Source: Turneriella sp. (lineage in GTDB: Bacteria > Spirochaetota > Leptospiria > Turneriellales > Turneriellaceae). Taken from it: DNA of 64,000 bases. Below, piece after piece: positions 27,301-36,606 of the stretch. The notes under the pieces are model-generated. The model had not been told where the DNA came from. It saw only the letters and a program-made list of their open reading frames with translations, and searched no databases. The position numbers were made by a program, and so were the translations under genes. The number at the start of each line of letters is the position of its first letter. Positions within the stretch are counted from its first letter, which is position 1. The DNA lies in assembly GCA_965279515.1 (NCBI GenBank), contig CBDIID010000003.1, positions 704,001-768,000 on the forward strand, in the 5' to 3' direction.

Positions 27301-29063
27301 TTTTCTCCAAAAATTCCGCCGGCGTATCGAACGAATCCGGAATCTGGAGCCTTGTTTTTACTGTGTTTATCGCGCTCATGTCGTTTCAGGTGGCGGCGAT
27401 TCCGCCGGGGGTGATCCTCATCGGCGTTGTTTTCTTCTATTTGATAGCTGGCAACATCAGGGCGTCGGCGTTCATTCTTTTCATCGCCGGCCTTTTGATC
27501 GTGCACGGCGGAGCGCACCTCACGCAGACTTACCCGCTGTGGCCAGGGCCTGCCCTCGTCGCCGCAGCGATCTTCATGATTTGGCCCGCGAAAAAGATCG
27601 CACAGAAACTCGATCTCGCAGAGAGTTTTGTTTCCGAAACCGCTTTTCTCGCTGGTGTGCTCTACATCGTCGCGGCATTTTTTTATTCCGCCACCGAAGG
27701 ACGTCCGGCCAATGCGCTGCAGGCAGGTTACAGTGTGCTCGCAGCTGACGCGAACTACCTCGTAACCGGCGGCTTTTACCGGGCGTTTGCGCTGCCAGCG
27801 ACACTGATTTTGACGGCAGTGTTTTTCTGGCTATCGCTGAAACGCATAGAAGGCCGCGCGCGCGTCGCCATCGCACTCCTGGGCCACTTTGCCTTCGCCG
27901 CGGCGCTCGTGACCAGTGTCTGGCTCATCTTAAGCCTTCAGGGCAACAGCATCAACTTCCTCACGGCAGCACCCTTTGTGATATTGGCGCTGCTGCTTTT
28001 TGAAGTCATCATCACGACCCGGCTCAAAAGTTTCAAAGAAAAGGATGCCGACGTCTATGCCGGCAACTTTACTGCGCGCGATGCGATGATTGTATTCTGC
28101 GGGCTGCTGTTTATACCTATTTCACAGAACCTCGCCAACCCGATACCGCATGCGGGCCTTGCCACCCTCGCAGCCCTTGTGATCTACCTCGTCGTAAACA
28201 TACAGGCGGCGTTTACGTCTTCTAAGACGCGCTATGTCTATATCGCGCAGGCGACGATCGCAGGTATTTATTATTCGGCGCGACCCATGCTGAATATCAA
28301 CTCCGCGCAGACCGATGCCTTCTTCGCCTTCGGTTATGCCTTTGCCCTACTCGGCATCAGTATCGCCGCAGACCGGCTGGGCGCAACGGTTGTATCACAA
28401 CCGACACGCCGTTTTGCCGCGGCGATGCCGGTCGTCGTCGGCCTCCTTATCGACAATTTCCGTTCGTTCAACGCGGCGTTCTATGCGCTGATTTCGAGCG
28501 GTCTTTATCTGGGCCTATCGCGCATCGGTGAACGCCATGTCTTCGCGGCGCTGGCAGCAATTACACTGAACGCCGCGCTCTTCTTCGTCGCACTCGCACA
28601 GGGTTTCGATTCGTCTGAGTTCTACGCCTTCCCGATCGGCCTCACCATCATCTTTTTCGCAACCATCTTTAAGGATTCGCTCTCGGTCGAAAATCAGGCA
28701 CGCGTGCGTACGATCGGCGGCCTCGTCGCTTACATTCCGGCAGCGATGCATGTCACATTGCGCTCGGGCCTCGCACAAAATCCCGTTTATTCACTTGTGT
28801 TCGGCGGCGTTTGTCTCGCAGGCATCATCGCGGGGGGGATTTTCCGCATCCGCAGCTATCTGTTTCTGGGGGTGCTCTTCTTCACCCTCAACGTCGTTGC
28901 GAATCTCGTACAGGAAGGCCTGCAAAATCAGTTCATCGGCTTTGTGCTACTGACGGTGACGGGGCTTTTTCTTATCGCTATCCTCATTATCTATAACCTG
29001 AAGAAAGAACAGATCCATGCCGGCTTTGCCCGGCTCAGACAAAAATTCGCCGGCTGGTCATGA
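24330..29063 (+). CDS. Very large polytopic membrane protein of unknown function (1577 aa)
   Basis: Long uninterrupted ORF made almost entirely of hydrophobic helices; TATACT lies 7 nt before the ATG; ATGA overlap with nnr. Confidence 0.8.
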   Translation: MAEQTKQRREDAITQTARITDELLSSGQITQRAAAKIYAGLGLERATQKNETAEAGREDFLSWLSGGFASGFSALGAALSGMFVSAPAAEKSQNTRKATTSDDPVTRPVVGGVDALLSFETLAATLKPLFNEYVWWFIAMVLVISGSIMGIREAWLRFEGILRPLTILFAFFTYHTLFLGLGLFLFKRSPATGRMLLILAALLIPVMFSIAASVTGQAAEAGAIATAVSLVLSLITLYPIAARVGIPYFSAVFYLPVPFAITALSALTAAIPLLPLVLIPALAASTLTATGLQDNGRPAQKFILAVVGIAILFFTLASFNLDPEEDIARTLRTLAIMAVLAQFAFLLRALDFARARFFTAVEIVVLAVIALLPLIAARTFAGGMGTMLPFSFRILTYVFAIAIFLRAAMLHNAAVHPLIFLVMLFLYHAARIFTVEPAWQIFAFFIFPLILPWFGSAFDERKQKIYLYWATAAGLMGSLWQLSSPAPHIAAAATGLLTAITIHRGAGFGRNAFHYLSPIGLMVFIGRLPLLQGVILQPFEIFAVLALLYGLGGLIFERKAEPAGTDGAYPIEDLSLFCAAIALVALNGFRPTGDEVLLNLMPDRALPLRPLLWFGGIYLFLNLRTLRDRSMVVSLFAHLGAILFIFNWFKPRDFAESGFLLLLLSAGFYGATFFFRRSAAESAEKFGRVFLMKLRLPFNAGGINNIGYAAGLTTLFTLLMLWLNGPSWIANPDLERRGIMLINQICLMLMIFAIFHFKTFSFMRLRGSLVLLYVLLFAIAFTAVINRLGRPLPIDAVGLRLLLLMPVMALVTLAMKVYGPRYGKSLEAEKQGQWYFSVPVAGVIGLTLLLFFDGLLVSALDFDRTFYFVPPTLFLALALYPLILAHTVTIHLRHLFYFFMPVFLAAVAGERSFLGPNLSNLNTAGVWLPSAFQGNPLDLLANFSLALADGYSYLAFRQNIVLGIAAGVLLLSVLAFASRRTAAGTFVAQTFFSKNSAGVSNESGIWSLVFTVFIALMSFQVAAIPPGVILIGVVFFYLIAGNIRASAFILFIAGLLIVHGGAHLTQTYPLWPGPALVAAAIFMIWPAKKIAQKLDLAESFVSETAFLAGVLYIVAAFFYSATEGRPANALQAGYSVLAADANYLVTGGFYRAFALPATLILTAVFFWLSLKRIEGRARVAIALLGHFAFAAALVTSVWLILSLQGNSINFLTAAPFVILALLLFEVIITTRLKSFKEKDADVYAGNFTARDAMIVFCGLLFIPISQNLANPIPHAGLATLAALVIYLVVNIQAAFTSSKTRYVYIAQATIAGIYYSARPMLNINSAQTDAFFAFGYAFALLGISIAADRLGATVVSQPTRRFAAAMPVVVGLLIDNFRSFNAAFYALISSGLYLGLSRIGERHVFAALAAITLNAALFFVALAQGFDSSEFYAFPIGLTIIFFATIFKDSLSVENQARVRTIGGLVAYIPAAMHVTLRSGLAQNPVYSLVFGGVCLAGIIAGGIFRIRSYLFLGVLFFTLNVVANLVQEGLQNQFIGFVLLTVTGLFLIAILIIYNLKKEQIHAGFARLRQKFAGWS

Positions 29064-30601
29064 TGCGTTATCTACTCAACCGCACCCAGATGCGTGCCTA
29101 TGACAGACTCGCAACCGAACTCTGCAAAATACCCAGCCTGCTGCTGATGGAAAACGCCGGTCGTGGTGCGGCTGATATTCTCGCCGGGCTTATCGCACTC
29201 TCTGGAATTTCTGAGCCCCGCATCGCCGTCGTCTGCGGCACCGGCAATAATGGCGGCGACGGTTTTGTCGTTGCCCGCCATTTTTCTTATAGCGCTCACC
29301 TGAAAGTTTATGTCGCGGGTGATACGGGCAGCATCGCAGGCGATGCACGCGTCAACTTTGACGCCTTGCCCGGTTGCGGTATTTCGCCCATAGCCGTTGG
29401 CACAGGGAGCATTTCACAATTCACACAAGAAATACAAAATGCAGATTTTATTGTCGATGGCCTGTTCGGTACCGGCCTCAGCCGTAATATCGAAGGTGTT
29501 GAGGCTCAAATCATCGACGCCATCAATGCGGCGAAGGCTATCCGCATCGCGCTCGACCTGCCTTCGGGACTCGACGCCGACCACGGCATTGTGCTCGGCT
29601 CTGCAATCCGTGCGCACCACACCGTAACCTTTGCGCATCCCAAACCCGGTCTTTTCACGCCGCAGGGCAAAAACCATACGGGGGATCTCCACTGCGTCAA
29701 AATCGGCGTACCCGATGCGAAACTTCTCGCCGAAACCGGTTTTGCGGCGGAGCTCATCGCGGCAGAATTATTTCTTCCATACCTGAAGCCCCGCGACGCG
29801 GCAACATACAAACACCGGGCGGGTGACATACTCATCGTCGCGGGCTCCAGGGGAAAAACCGGCGCCGCAAAACTCGTGGCCGAGGCGACGCTGCGCACCG
29901 GCGCCGGTCTTGCCACCATCTGCACATGGACAAACGCCCTGCCGGCTCTGGAAAAAGAAGTGAAAGAGCTCATGCTCGCGGAACTCAAGCCAGATGCCAT
30001 TCAAACATCTCTCGCCACCGCACTGGCAAAACGCAGCGCCGTTGTCATTGGCCCCGGTTTTGGCCTCGATGAAAGCGCCCTTATAGCCGTGAGCTATGTT
30101 CTCCGGAATGCAAATGTGCCGCTGGTCATCGACGCCGATGCGCTGACGCTTTGCGCCCAAAACCTGACGGATCTTAAATCCTCTGCGGCTACAAAAATTC
30201 TGACACCGCATACCGGCGAGCTGGCGCGCATGCTCGGCATAACCTCTGCCGAAATTGAGGCCGATCGTTTCGCGGCAGTCCGGCGCGGCGCAGAGATCAC
30301 AGACGCCATTGTCGTTCTCAAAGGAGCCCACACACTTATCGCCACGCCAGAGGGCCGCATGTTCGTTTCTGCCGAAGCGAACCCGGTGCTGGCAACCGCA
30401 GGCTCGGGCGATGTGCTCGCGGGTATCATCGGCGCCTGCGCGGCGCAAATGCCCCCCCTCGAAGCGGCGGCAGCCGGCGTTTTCATTCACGCAGCGGCGG
30501 CGAATCTCTGGAGCACGAAGACGCAGAGCGACCGCGGCATGCTGGCAGGCGACATTGCCGCGCTCATCCCAGAAATCCTGGGACAACTGCTCGGCGATTA
30601 A
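29060..30601 (+). CDS. nnr: Bifunctional NAD(P)HX epimerase/dehydratase
   Basis: LMENAG, GTGNNGGDG, DGLFGTG, DLPSG, IGPG, IDADAL, LTPHTGE and ATAGSGDVLAG. Confidence 0.96.
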   Translation: MMRYLLNRTQMRAYDRLATELCKIPSLLLMENAGRGAADILAGLIALSGISEPRIAVVCGTGNNGGDGFVVARHFSYSAHLKVYVAGDTGSIAGDARVNFDALPGCGISPIAVGTGSISQFTQEIQNADFIVDGLFGTGLSRNIEGVEAQIIDAINAAKAIRIALDLPSGLDADHGIVLGSAIRAHHTVTFAHPKPGLFTPQGKNHTGDLHCVKIGVPDAKLLAETGFAAELIAAELFLPYLKPRDAATYKHRAGDILIVAGSRGKTGAAKLVAEATLRTGAGLATICTWTNALPALEKEVKELMLAELKPDAIQTSLATALAKRSAVVIGPGFGLDESALIAVSYVLRNANVPLVIDADALTLCAQNLTDLKSSAATKILTPHTGELARMLGITSAEIEADRFAAVRRGAEITDAIVVLKGAHTLIATPEGRMFVSAEANPVLATAGSGDVLAGIIGACAAQMPPLEAAAAGVFIHAAAANLWSTKTQSDRGMLAGDIAALIPEILGQLLGD

Positions 30602-30651
30602 GCCCCGGCGAAAAACAGTTCCCTGATTATAGTGCCCGGCGAGCGTGGCGG

Positions 30652-33600
30652 ATGGCGCAACTTACTGCAATATTAACGGCGATCAAACTCAGGGCTCTAT
30701 CATGGTTTAATGCTTTTGCGCACTTTTTGCGGGTATTCTATGAAGTGACGAAGATTATTCTTACGACGAAGGTAATCCCACCTTTAAAAACCATCTGGAA
30801 TAAATTGCCGCCCTCACCGTGGCTTCGCCGCGCTTTTGCCGCAGGCCTTGTTGCCGTAGCAGGCCTGCCATTGATCGCATTTTTAGGATCTGAACCGCCA
30901 CTCGAGCTGAAGATCTCACGCACGTCTGCGGCGGCGGCAGAGCGCACCTTTGACGACAAGTCTTTGTCGATCATGCAGGCGACGCCTGAAGGAAAAATTG
31001 TACCGGGGCAGGAGCGCAAGGAGATCTTTGTCGTCTTCAGCCACCCGGTGGTGCCACTCGGCGCACTCGCCGAAACCACCAAGGGCGCATTTACTATTTC
31101 ACCGAAAATGCCGGGCCAGTTCCGCTGGTATGGCAGCCGTATCTCGGCGTTTATTCCCTCAGAGGACTGGCGCGCAGGCGTCGAATACACGGTTCGCATT
31201 AATTCCGATACGGTCGCAGTTTCGGGCCAAAAGCTCAAAGAGAAAAAGGTCTTCCAATTTCGTATGGAGATTCCGCCGCTCAGCGTACAAAACCTGACAC
31301 CAGGCAAAGAGACCAAAATCAAATACGATGCACGCATGACGCTTTCCTTTAACTTTGCCGTACGCGCCGAGGCTTTGAAAGAACACCTGCGCCTGCGCGA
31401 GAATAAAAAATCCATTCCCTATTCACTGAAAGAATCGAGCGAGGCCGATTGGCGCGGGCGGGTAGCAAAACGCGACGGCCGTACGTGGGAAATCATCCCT
31501 GAGCAAAAATTATCCAAGAGTAAAACCGTGGAGATATTGCTGGGGAAAAAACTGCGCGCGAGAGATCTCGAGACGACGCTGGCCGAAGACTATGAAGCCT
31601 CGTTTGAAACCTACGGGGACCTGACTGTCGAATTCAGGGACGCAGGAAAGGCCTGGTCTGATCGCTATGGCATGGGATTCGAATTTTCGAATCCGGTAAA
31701 CCCGAAGACCGCGGCGCGTGCGGTAAAATTTTCACCACCCCGCAAGATCATCGCACTCCCCTATGGCGAAACCAAAAACCTGAACCTCAATATCTGGAAT
31801 GTCGAACCGGGACAGACGTATAAGATCACCATCGAGGCGATGAACGACGTCATGGGTAACCCCCTGGTGAAAGCCGGCAGCTATGAGGTAACGATGCCCG
31901 ACCGCGAAAAATTTTTCCACCGCGTCGAATCGGGTTCTGTGATCGAAGCCGAAATGCGGCAGAATTATCCTCTGAATGTTTCTAATATCGATACTCTGAC
32001 CGCATCCGTGCGGCCCTTTACGCTTGCTGAGGTGCTGGATTTTTCTACCGACAAGAACTCCTACAGCCTGCACGACTTTCTGCAGATTAAAGACGGCACG
32101 AAGCGCACCCCCTTCAAAACCGGAATCCGCAAGAACGGCATCGGCCGCGCCGCGTTCGATCTCGCACCGCACCTCAGCAAAGGCCGCGGTTGGGTCGCTG
32201 CCCGGTTCGAAGGCGAAAAGGAATCTGTGAACCAGGCGATTCAGGCAACGGACCTCGCACTCACCGCCCGCCCTGCATTGGGCGGTAACCATGTCTGGGT
32301 ACATAGCCTCACCTTTGGCGGCCCGGTTGCGGGCGCGAAGGTCAGCCGCTACACCAATGAAAAACCCGAAGGGAGCTGCAACACCAACGGCGAGGGTTAT
32401 TGCCTGATCGCCGAGGGCAAGCCGCGCGAAGACGGTGACAGTCTGGTGTTCACCGCAGAGAAAGGCGGCGATCAAACCTTTGTCACTTCAAAGGAACAGC
32501 GGCTAACCATCAGTCCGGCCGGTGGGGAGTTTGCCTATCACCTTTCGGGCGCGCAGCTGAAAGGCGTGATTGTCTTCGACCGCAAGCTGCATACGCCGGG
32601 AGACACAGTATACTATAAAGCCGTGCTTTCGCAAAAGACGGCCGACAAACTTACCGCACTCTCTGACAGCAACGTCAAGGTCGAGGTAAGCAGTGCCGAA
32701 GGAAAGGCTATTTACACCAAGACCCTGACGACCAGCAAACAGGGGGGCGTCGGTGGCGAAATTGACATCGCAAAGGATGCTCCACTCGGCCACTACACAC
32801 TTTCGATCACGGGTGGTAAGGGCAGCGAACAATCCATCCAGGAAAATTTCCAGATCGAAGAGTTCAGGCCGGTGAGTTTTGCCGTCGCTGTTTCGGGCAT
32901 CAGCGATTCCGTGGCCGGCAAAACCGCCGAAGCGACGGTTGAAGGCAATTACCTCTTCGGTGCACCGATGCAGCGCGCGCGCTTTCAGGTGGATGTCTCG
33001 CGTTCCAAATCACCGGCATATTTTGCGCACTATCCCGATTTTAACTTCGGCGACCAGCGCTACTCGTATTACGGTGAGAGCGACGAGGCCGATACAGGTT
33101 TTTTTACCGGGACCAAAGGGCGCCTGATGGCAAACGGCAAGCATACCTTTAAAATACCCCTGACGCCGATGGCGTTCTCGGAGACCATCGACCTGCCGGA
33201 AAAAAGCAAATTCCGCTACGCGCACTCCTACTCTGTGAATGTCGAAGCGACCGTCAAAGACGTCGATGACAAGGCCGTGAGTAACCGCCGTTCGATCCTT
33301 GTCGCCGCAGGCAAACACGTGGTCGGCATCCGGAGCAAGGATTCTTACGGTAAGACCGGCGATGACATGAATTTTGAAATCGTCGCACTCGACCCGGCTG
33401 GCAAGGCTGTAGGTAATGTGCCCGTCAAGATCACGATTTTGCATGTCACCTGGAAAAGCGTGCGCACACTCGGCACCGAAGACTCGCTGCAGGCAAAGAA
33501 CACACCGGTACGCCGCATCGTCACGACGCAGACGCTGAATGCCGGTGAAAAACCGGTGCCGTTTTCTTTTTCTCCCGACAAAGGCGGCGAATATTATATC

Positions 33601-36600
33601 ATCGCGCAGCCCGAGGGCAGCTTGAGCTTTGCGCGCACGGGATTTTACGTCTCGGGCGACTCGGACGGCTATTACATGCGCAACGACGACACTGTCAGTA
33701 TCGTCGCCGACAAGGCCAAATACGTGCCGGGCGAAACGGCGCGCATTCTCGTGCAATCGCCGGTCAAAACCGGGCGTATCATTCTCTCGCTCGAACGCGA
33801 AAAGGTGTACTGGCAAAAACAGGTCGAAATCAAGGATTACTCCGTCTCGGTGCCGGTGGAAATCAAAGAGGAATATTTGCCCAACGTCTACCTGACGGCG
33901 CTGGTACTCAAACCCCGCGAAAAATTATCGAAACGTACCCTCTACGAAGACCTCGGAGCGCCGGCGTTTAAGCTGGGTTCCCTCAATCTCGCCGTCGACA
34001 CAGCGTCACGGCGCGCAAAATTTGACCTCAGCTATGACCGGCAGCAGTATGGCCCCGGTGATACGGTCAAAATGTCGATTCAGACAGAACGGGGCGCCGA
34101 GATCGCGCTGTCGGTAGCCGACCGCGCGGTACTCGACCTCGTCGACTATCACTTCGCGAATCCCCTGTCGAATTTTTTCAGCACCTGGCCGCTGGCCATC
34201 GAACTCTTTGAAAACAGGCATGCCATCATCCACCAGTATGATTTTTCAGGCAAGGGCAACAACCCCGGCGGCGGCCCCGGCGAACCCGGCGAAGGCATGG
34301 GCCAGGGCGGCTTTGCCCTGGGAAATGAAGACGGCACGCGCAAGAACTTCCGTTACACAGCGTACTGGAAAAGCGACCTCAAGGCCGACAAAGACGGCAA
34401 GGCTGATGTCACCTTCAAGTTGCCCGACAATCTTTCGACCTTCCGCATCATGGCTCTGGCCGCGGCCGACGGCAAGTATACAAACTATGAGAAGGAGTTC
34501 CAGGTGCGCAAGGCACTCGTCGTGCAGCCGCTCATGCCGCGTTTCATGCGCGCCGGCGACGAACTCATGGTCGGCGCCGTCGTCATCAACCAGACAGGCG
34601 CCGCCGCCGAATTCGACGTCAGCCTTACCGCAGATCTGCTGACCGGTGGCGGCAACAAGGCCGTCAAAATTGCCGCGGGCGAAGCACGCGAAATCAGTTT
34701 TCCCGCGAAGATCAATACGGCAAAATATACTGCGCTGCTCAAGGCCTACCGCGAAAAGGCGCAGGATGCCAAAGCTGAAAAAGCTTCAGAGCACCCGATC
34801 GTGCTCACGGGTTTTGTCGGCGCACGCACGGGCGACACCAGCGACCGCGTGAAGTTCGAATTCCCCGTGCTCGAATCGCCCGCGGTCGAGGCCTTTGCCA
34901 TCGCCGGCTTCACGGACGACAAGGCCAAAGAAGCGCTGCGCATTCCCGGCGAAGATGAAATTCTTGGCAACATGGGTTCATTCGATATCACACTGTCTTC
35001 GACCGCGCTCGTCGGCCTCGACAAGGCCTTCCGCTTCTATGCTTCGAATCCCTATTTCTGTATGGAGCAGCGCGCCTCGGCCTTTATGCTGGCGATCACT
35101 TCGGGACAGATGCTCCAAAGCTTTGCGATCAAACCCCCGTCAGCCGATAACTACGACTTCAGGCAGATTGAATCGCTGTTCCTGGGTGAGATGAATGAGT
35201 TTGTCAATGCCGACGGCGGATTGCGCTTTTGGAAAAAAAATTCTTACCACAACGAGGAATCCAGCCCCTACTTATCAGCGTACGTGCTCACGGTGCTGCA
35301 GGCAGCCGAGGCGAAAAATTTTCCCGGCAACAATGCGATCCGCAAGGGGATAGTAAACTACCTGGAGAAATTTCTGCGCAGCGAAATGAAAGATGGCAAA
35401 TCGACGATCCTCGAAAACCTGTCGCTCATCCATCTCGCATTGACCCGCGAAGGAGCCGGCCGCTCCGACCTGACCAAATTCCTGCTCAAAAACGAAGCAG
35501 AGCTCTCGACCCGGGCCAAGGCGAGGCTAGCCCTCGCCATTGCGCATAAAGAGAAGCTCAAATCATATGCAGACGACAGCGATGTCAAACGGCTCTTCGA
35601 ACACTTCAAGAACCGCCTCGAGGTCACAACGACATCCGTCATGCTCAAAGAGACGCCGGATGCGGCGCTGCGGCAGACATTCTATTCAAGAACATCGGCG
35701 CTGGCTCTGGTGCTGCAGGCCTTCATCGCGCTCGACAAGGATAACCCGCTGATTCCGCAGATGGTGAACCACCTGCTGCGGGAAAACACTTCATACGACA
35801 CGCATTCGATCGGTCTTTCGGCCGCTGCGCTCGACAGCTACCGCAGCGTGTATGAGGCCGGCGGCCAGCCTTTCAGTTTCCTGGGCGAGATCACGCTCGG
35901 CGGCACGCAGCTCATGTCGACAAGCCTCAGCTCGCACAAATTTGATGTCTTCAAAAAATCGCTGACGATTCCCGAACTCCGAAAAACGGGTAAGCCCGGC
36001 AGCGAGTTACCGCTGGTCTTTTCCAAGTCAGGCGATAAGGGAAGGCTCTATTATGCGGCGCGGCTGAACTATGCGGCGATACGCGGCGGTGAAGCGGCGC
36101 GTGACGAGGGCATTGAAATCCACCGCAACCTGTTCGCGATGGAAAGTGTCCGCGGCAAACAGGTGATGCGCCCCATCAAAGAAAGCCAGATGAAGCGCGG
36201 CGAGCTCTACCTGCAGAAACTCATGGTGACGACCCCCAAACCCTACTACAATGTGGTACTCGTCGATCCCCTCGCCTCGCAGACCGAGGTCATGAATTCG
36301 GCCTTCAGTACCGAAAAAACACCGGCGGCTGGCGCCTCTGATTCCGGTCCGCACGACGGTGAAGGGGATGAACCGCGTTACGAAGATGAAGGTAATTATT
36401 GGGGTTCGGCCCCCAGCTTCCAGGAATACCGGCACGACAAGGTGGTTCTCTTCTTTAACTATATTCCCGCGGGCTACCACGAATACCGCTATGTCGTACG
36501 GCCGCTGGTGCGCGGCAAGGGTATTCATCCCCCCGGTCAGGTGAAGCTCATGTATGAGCCCGAAATCTTTGGCCGCAGCGCCTCTGCCCTGACGAGTGTG

Positions 36601-36606
36601 GAGTGA
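30652..36606 (+). CDS. Bacterial alpha-2-macroglobulin family protein
   Basis: 1984 aa with MG-domain motifs (FDRKLHTPGD, FQIEEFRP, RKNFRYTAYW..LPDNLSTFRIMA, PRFMRAGD), thioester CMEQ at 35059-35070 and MYEPEIFGRS end; adjacent to pbpC. Confidence 0.93.
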   Translation: MAQLTAILTAIKLRALSWFNAFAHFLRVFYEVTKIILTTKVIPPLKTIWNKLPPSPWLRRAFAAGLVAVAGLPLIAFLGSEPPLELKISRTSAAAAERTFDDKSLSIMQATPEGKIVPGQERKEIFVVFSHPVVPLGALAETTKGAFTISPKMPGQFRWYGSRISAFIPSEDWRAGVEYTVRINSDTVAVSGQKLKEKKVFQFRMEIPPLSVQNLTPGKETKIKYDARMTLSFNFAVRAEALKEHLRLRENKKSIPYSLKESSEADWRGRVAKRDGRTWEIIPEQKLSKSKTVEILLGKKLRARDLETTLAEDYEASFETYGDLTVEFRDAGKAWSDRYGMGFEFSNPVNPKTAARAVKFSPPRKIIALPYGETKNLNLNIWNVEPGQTYKITIEAMNDVMGNPLVKAGSYEVTMPDREKFFHRVESGSVIEAEMRQNYPLNVSNIDTLTASVRPFTLAEVLDFSTDKNSYSLHDFLQIKDGTKRTPFKTGIRKNGIGRAAFDLAPHLSKGRGWVAARFEGEKESVNQAIQATDLALTARPALGGNHVWVHSLTFGGPVAGAKVSRYTNEKPEGSCNTNGEGYCLIAEGKPREDGDSLVFTAEKGGDQTFVTSKEQRLTISPAGGEFAYHLSGAQLKGVIVFDRKLHTPGDTVYYKAVLSQKTADKLTALSDSNVKVEVSSAEGKAIYTKTLTTSKQGGVGGEIDIAKDAPLGHYTLSITGGKGSEQSIQENFQIEEFRPVSFAVAVSGISDSVAGKTAEATVEGNYLFGAPMQRARFQVDVSRSKSPAYFAHYPDFNFGDQRYSYYGESDEADTGFFTGTKGRLMANGKHTFKIPLTPMAFSETIDLPEKSKFRYAHSYSVNVEATVKDVDDKAVSNRRSILVAAGKHVVGIRSKDSYGKTGDDMNFEIVALDPAGKAVGNVPVKITILHVTWKSVRTLGTEDSLQAKNTPVRRIVTTQTLNAGEKPVPFSFSPDKGGEYYIIAQPEGSLSFARTGFYVSGDSDGYYMRNDDTVSIVADKAKYVPGETARILVQSPVKTGRIILSLEREKVYWQKQVEIKDYSVSVPVEIKEEYLPNVYLTALVLKPREKLSKRTLYEDLGAPAFKLGSLNLAVDTASRRAKFDLSYDRQQYGPGDTVKMSIQTERGAEIALSVADRAVLDLVDYHFANPLSNFFSTWPLAIELFENRHAIIHQYDFSGKGNNPGGGPGEPGEGMGQGGFALGNEDGTRKNFRYTAYWKSDLKADKDGKADVTFKLPDNLSTFRIMALAAADGKYTNYEKEFQVRKALVVQPLMPRFMRAGDELMVGAVVINQTGAAAEFDVSLTADLLTGGGNKAVKIAAGEAREISFPAKINTAKYTALLKAYREKAQDAKAEKASEHPIVLTGFVGARTGDTSDRVKFEFPVLESPAVEAFAIAGFTDDKAKEALRIPGEDEILGNMGSFDITLSSTALVGLDKAFRFYASNPYFCMEQRASAFMLAITSGQMLQSFAIKPPSADNYDFRQIESLFLGEMNEFVNADGGLRFWKKNSYHNEESSPYLSAYVLTVLQAAEAKNFPGNNAIRKGIVNYLEKFLRSEMKDGKSTILENLSLIHLALTREGAGRSDLTKFLLKNEAELSTRAKARLALAIAHKEKLKSYADDSDVKRLFEHFKNRLEVTTTSVMLKETPDAALRQTFYSRTSALALVLQAFIALDKDNPLIPQMVNHLLRENTSYDTHSIGLSAAALDSYRSVYEAGGQPFSFLGEITLGGTQLMSTSLSSHKFDVFKKSLTIPELRKTGKPGSELPLVFSKSGDKGRLYYAARLNYAAIRGGEAARDEGIEIHRNLFAMESVRGKQVMRPIKESQMKRGELYLQKLMVTTPKPYYNVVLVDPLASQTEVMNSAFSTEKTPAAGASDSGPHDGEGDEPRYEDEGNYWGSAPSFQEYRHDKVVLFFNYIPAGYHEYRYVVRPLVRGKGIHPPGQVKLMYEPEIFGRSASALTSVE

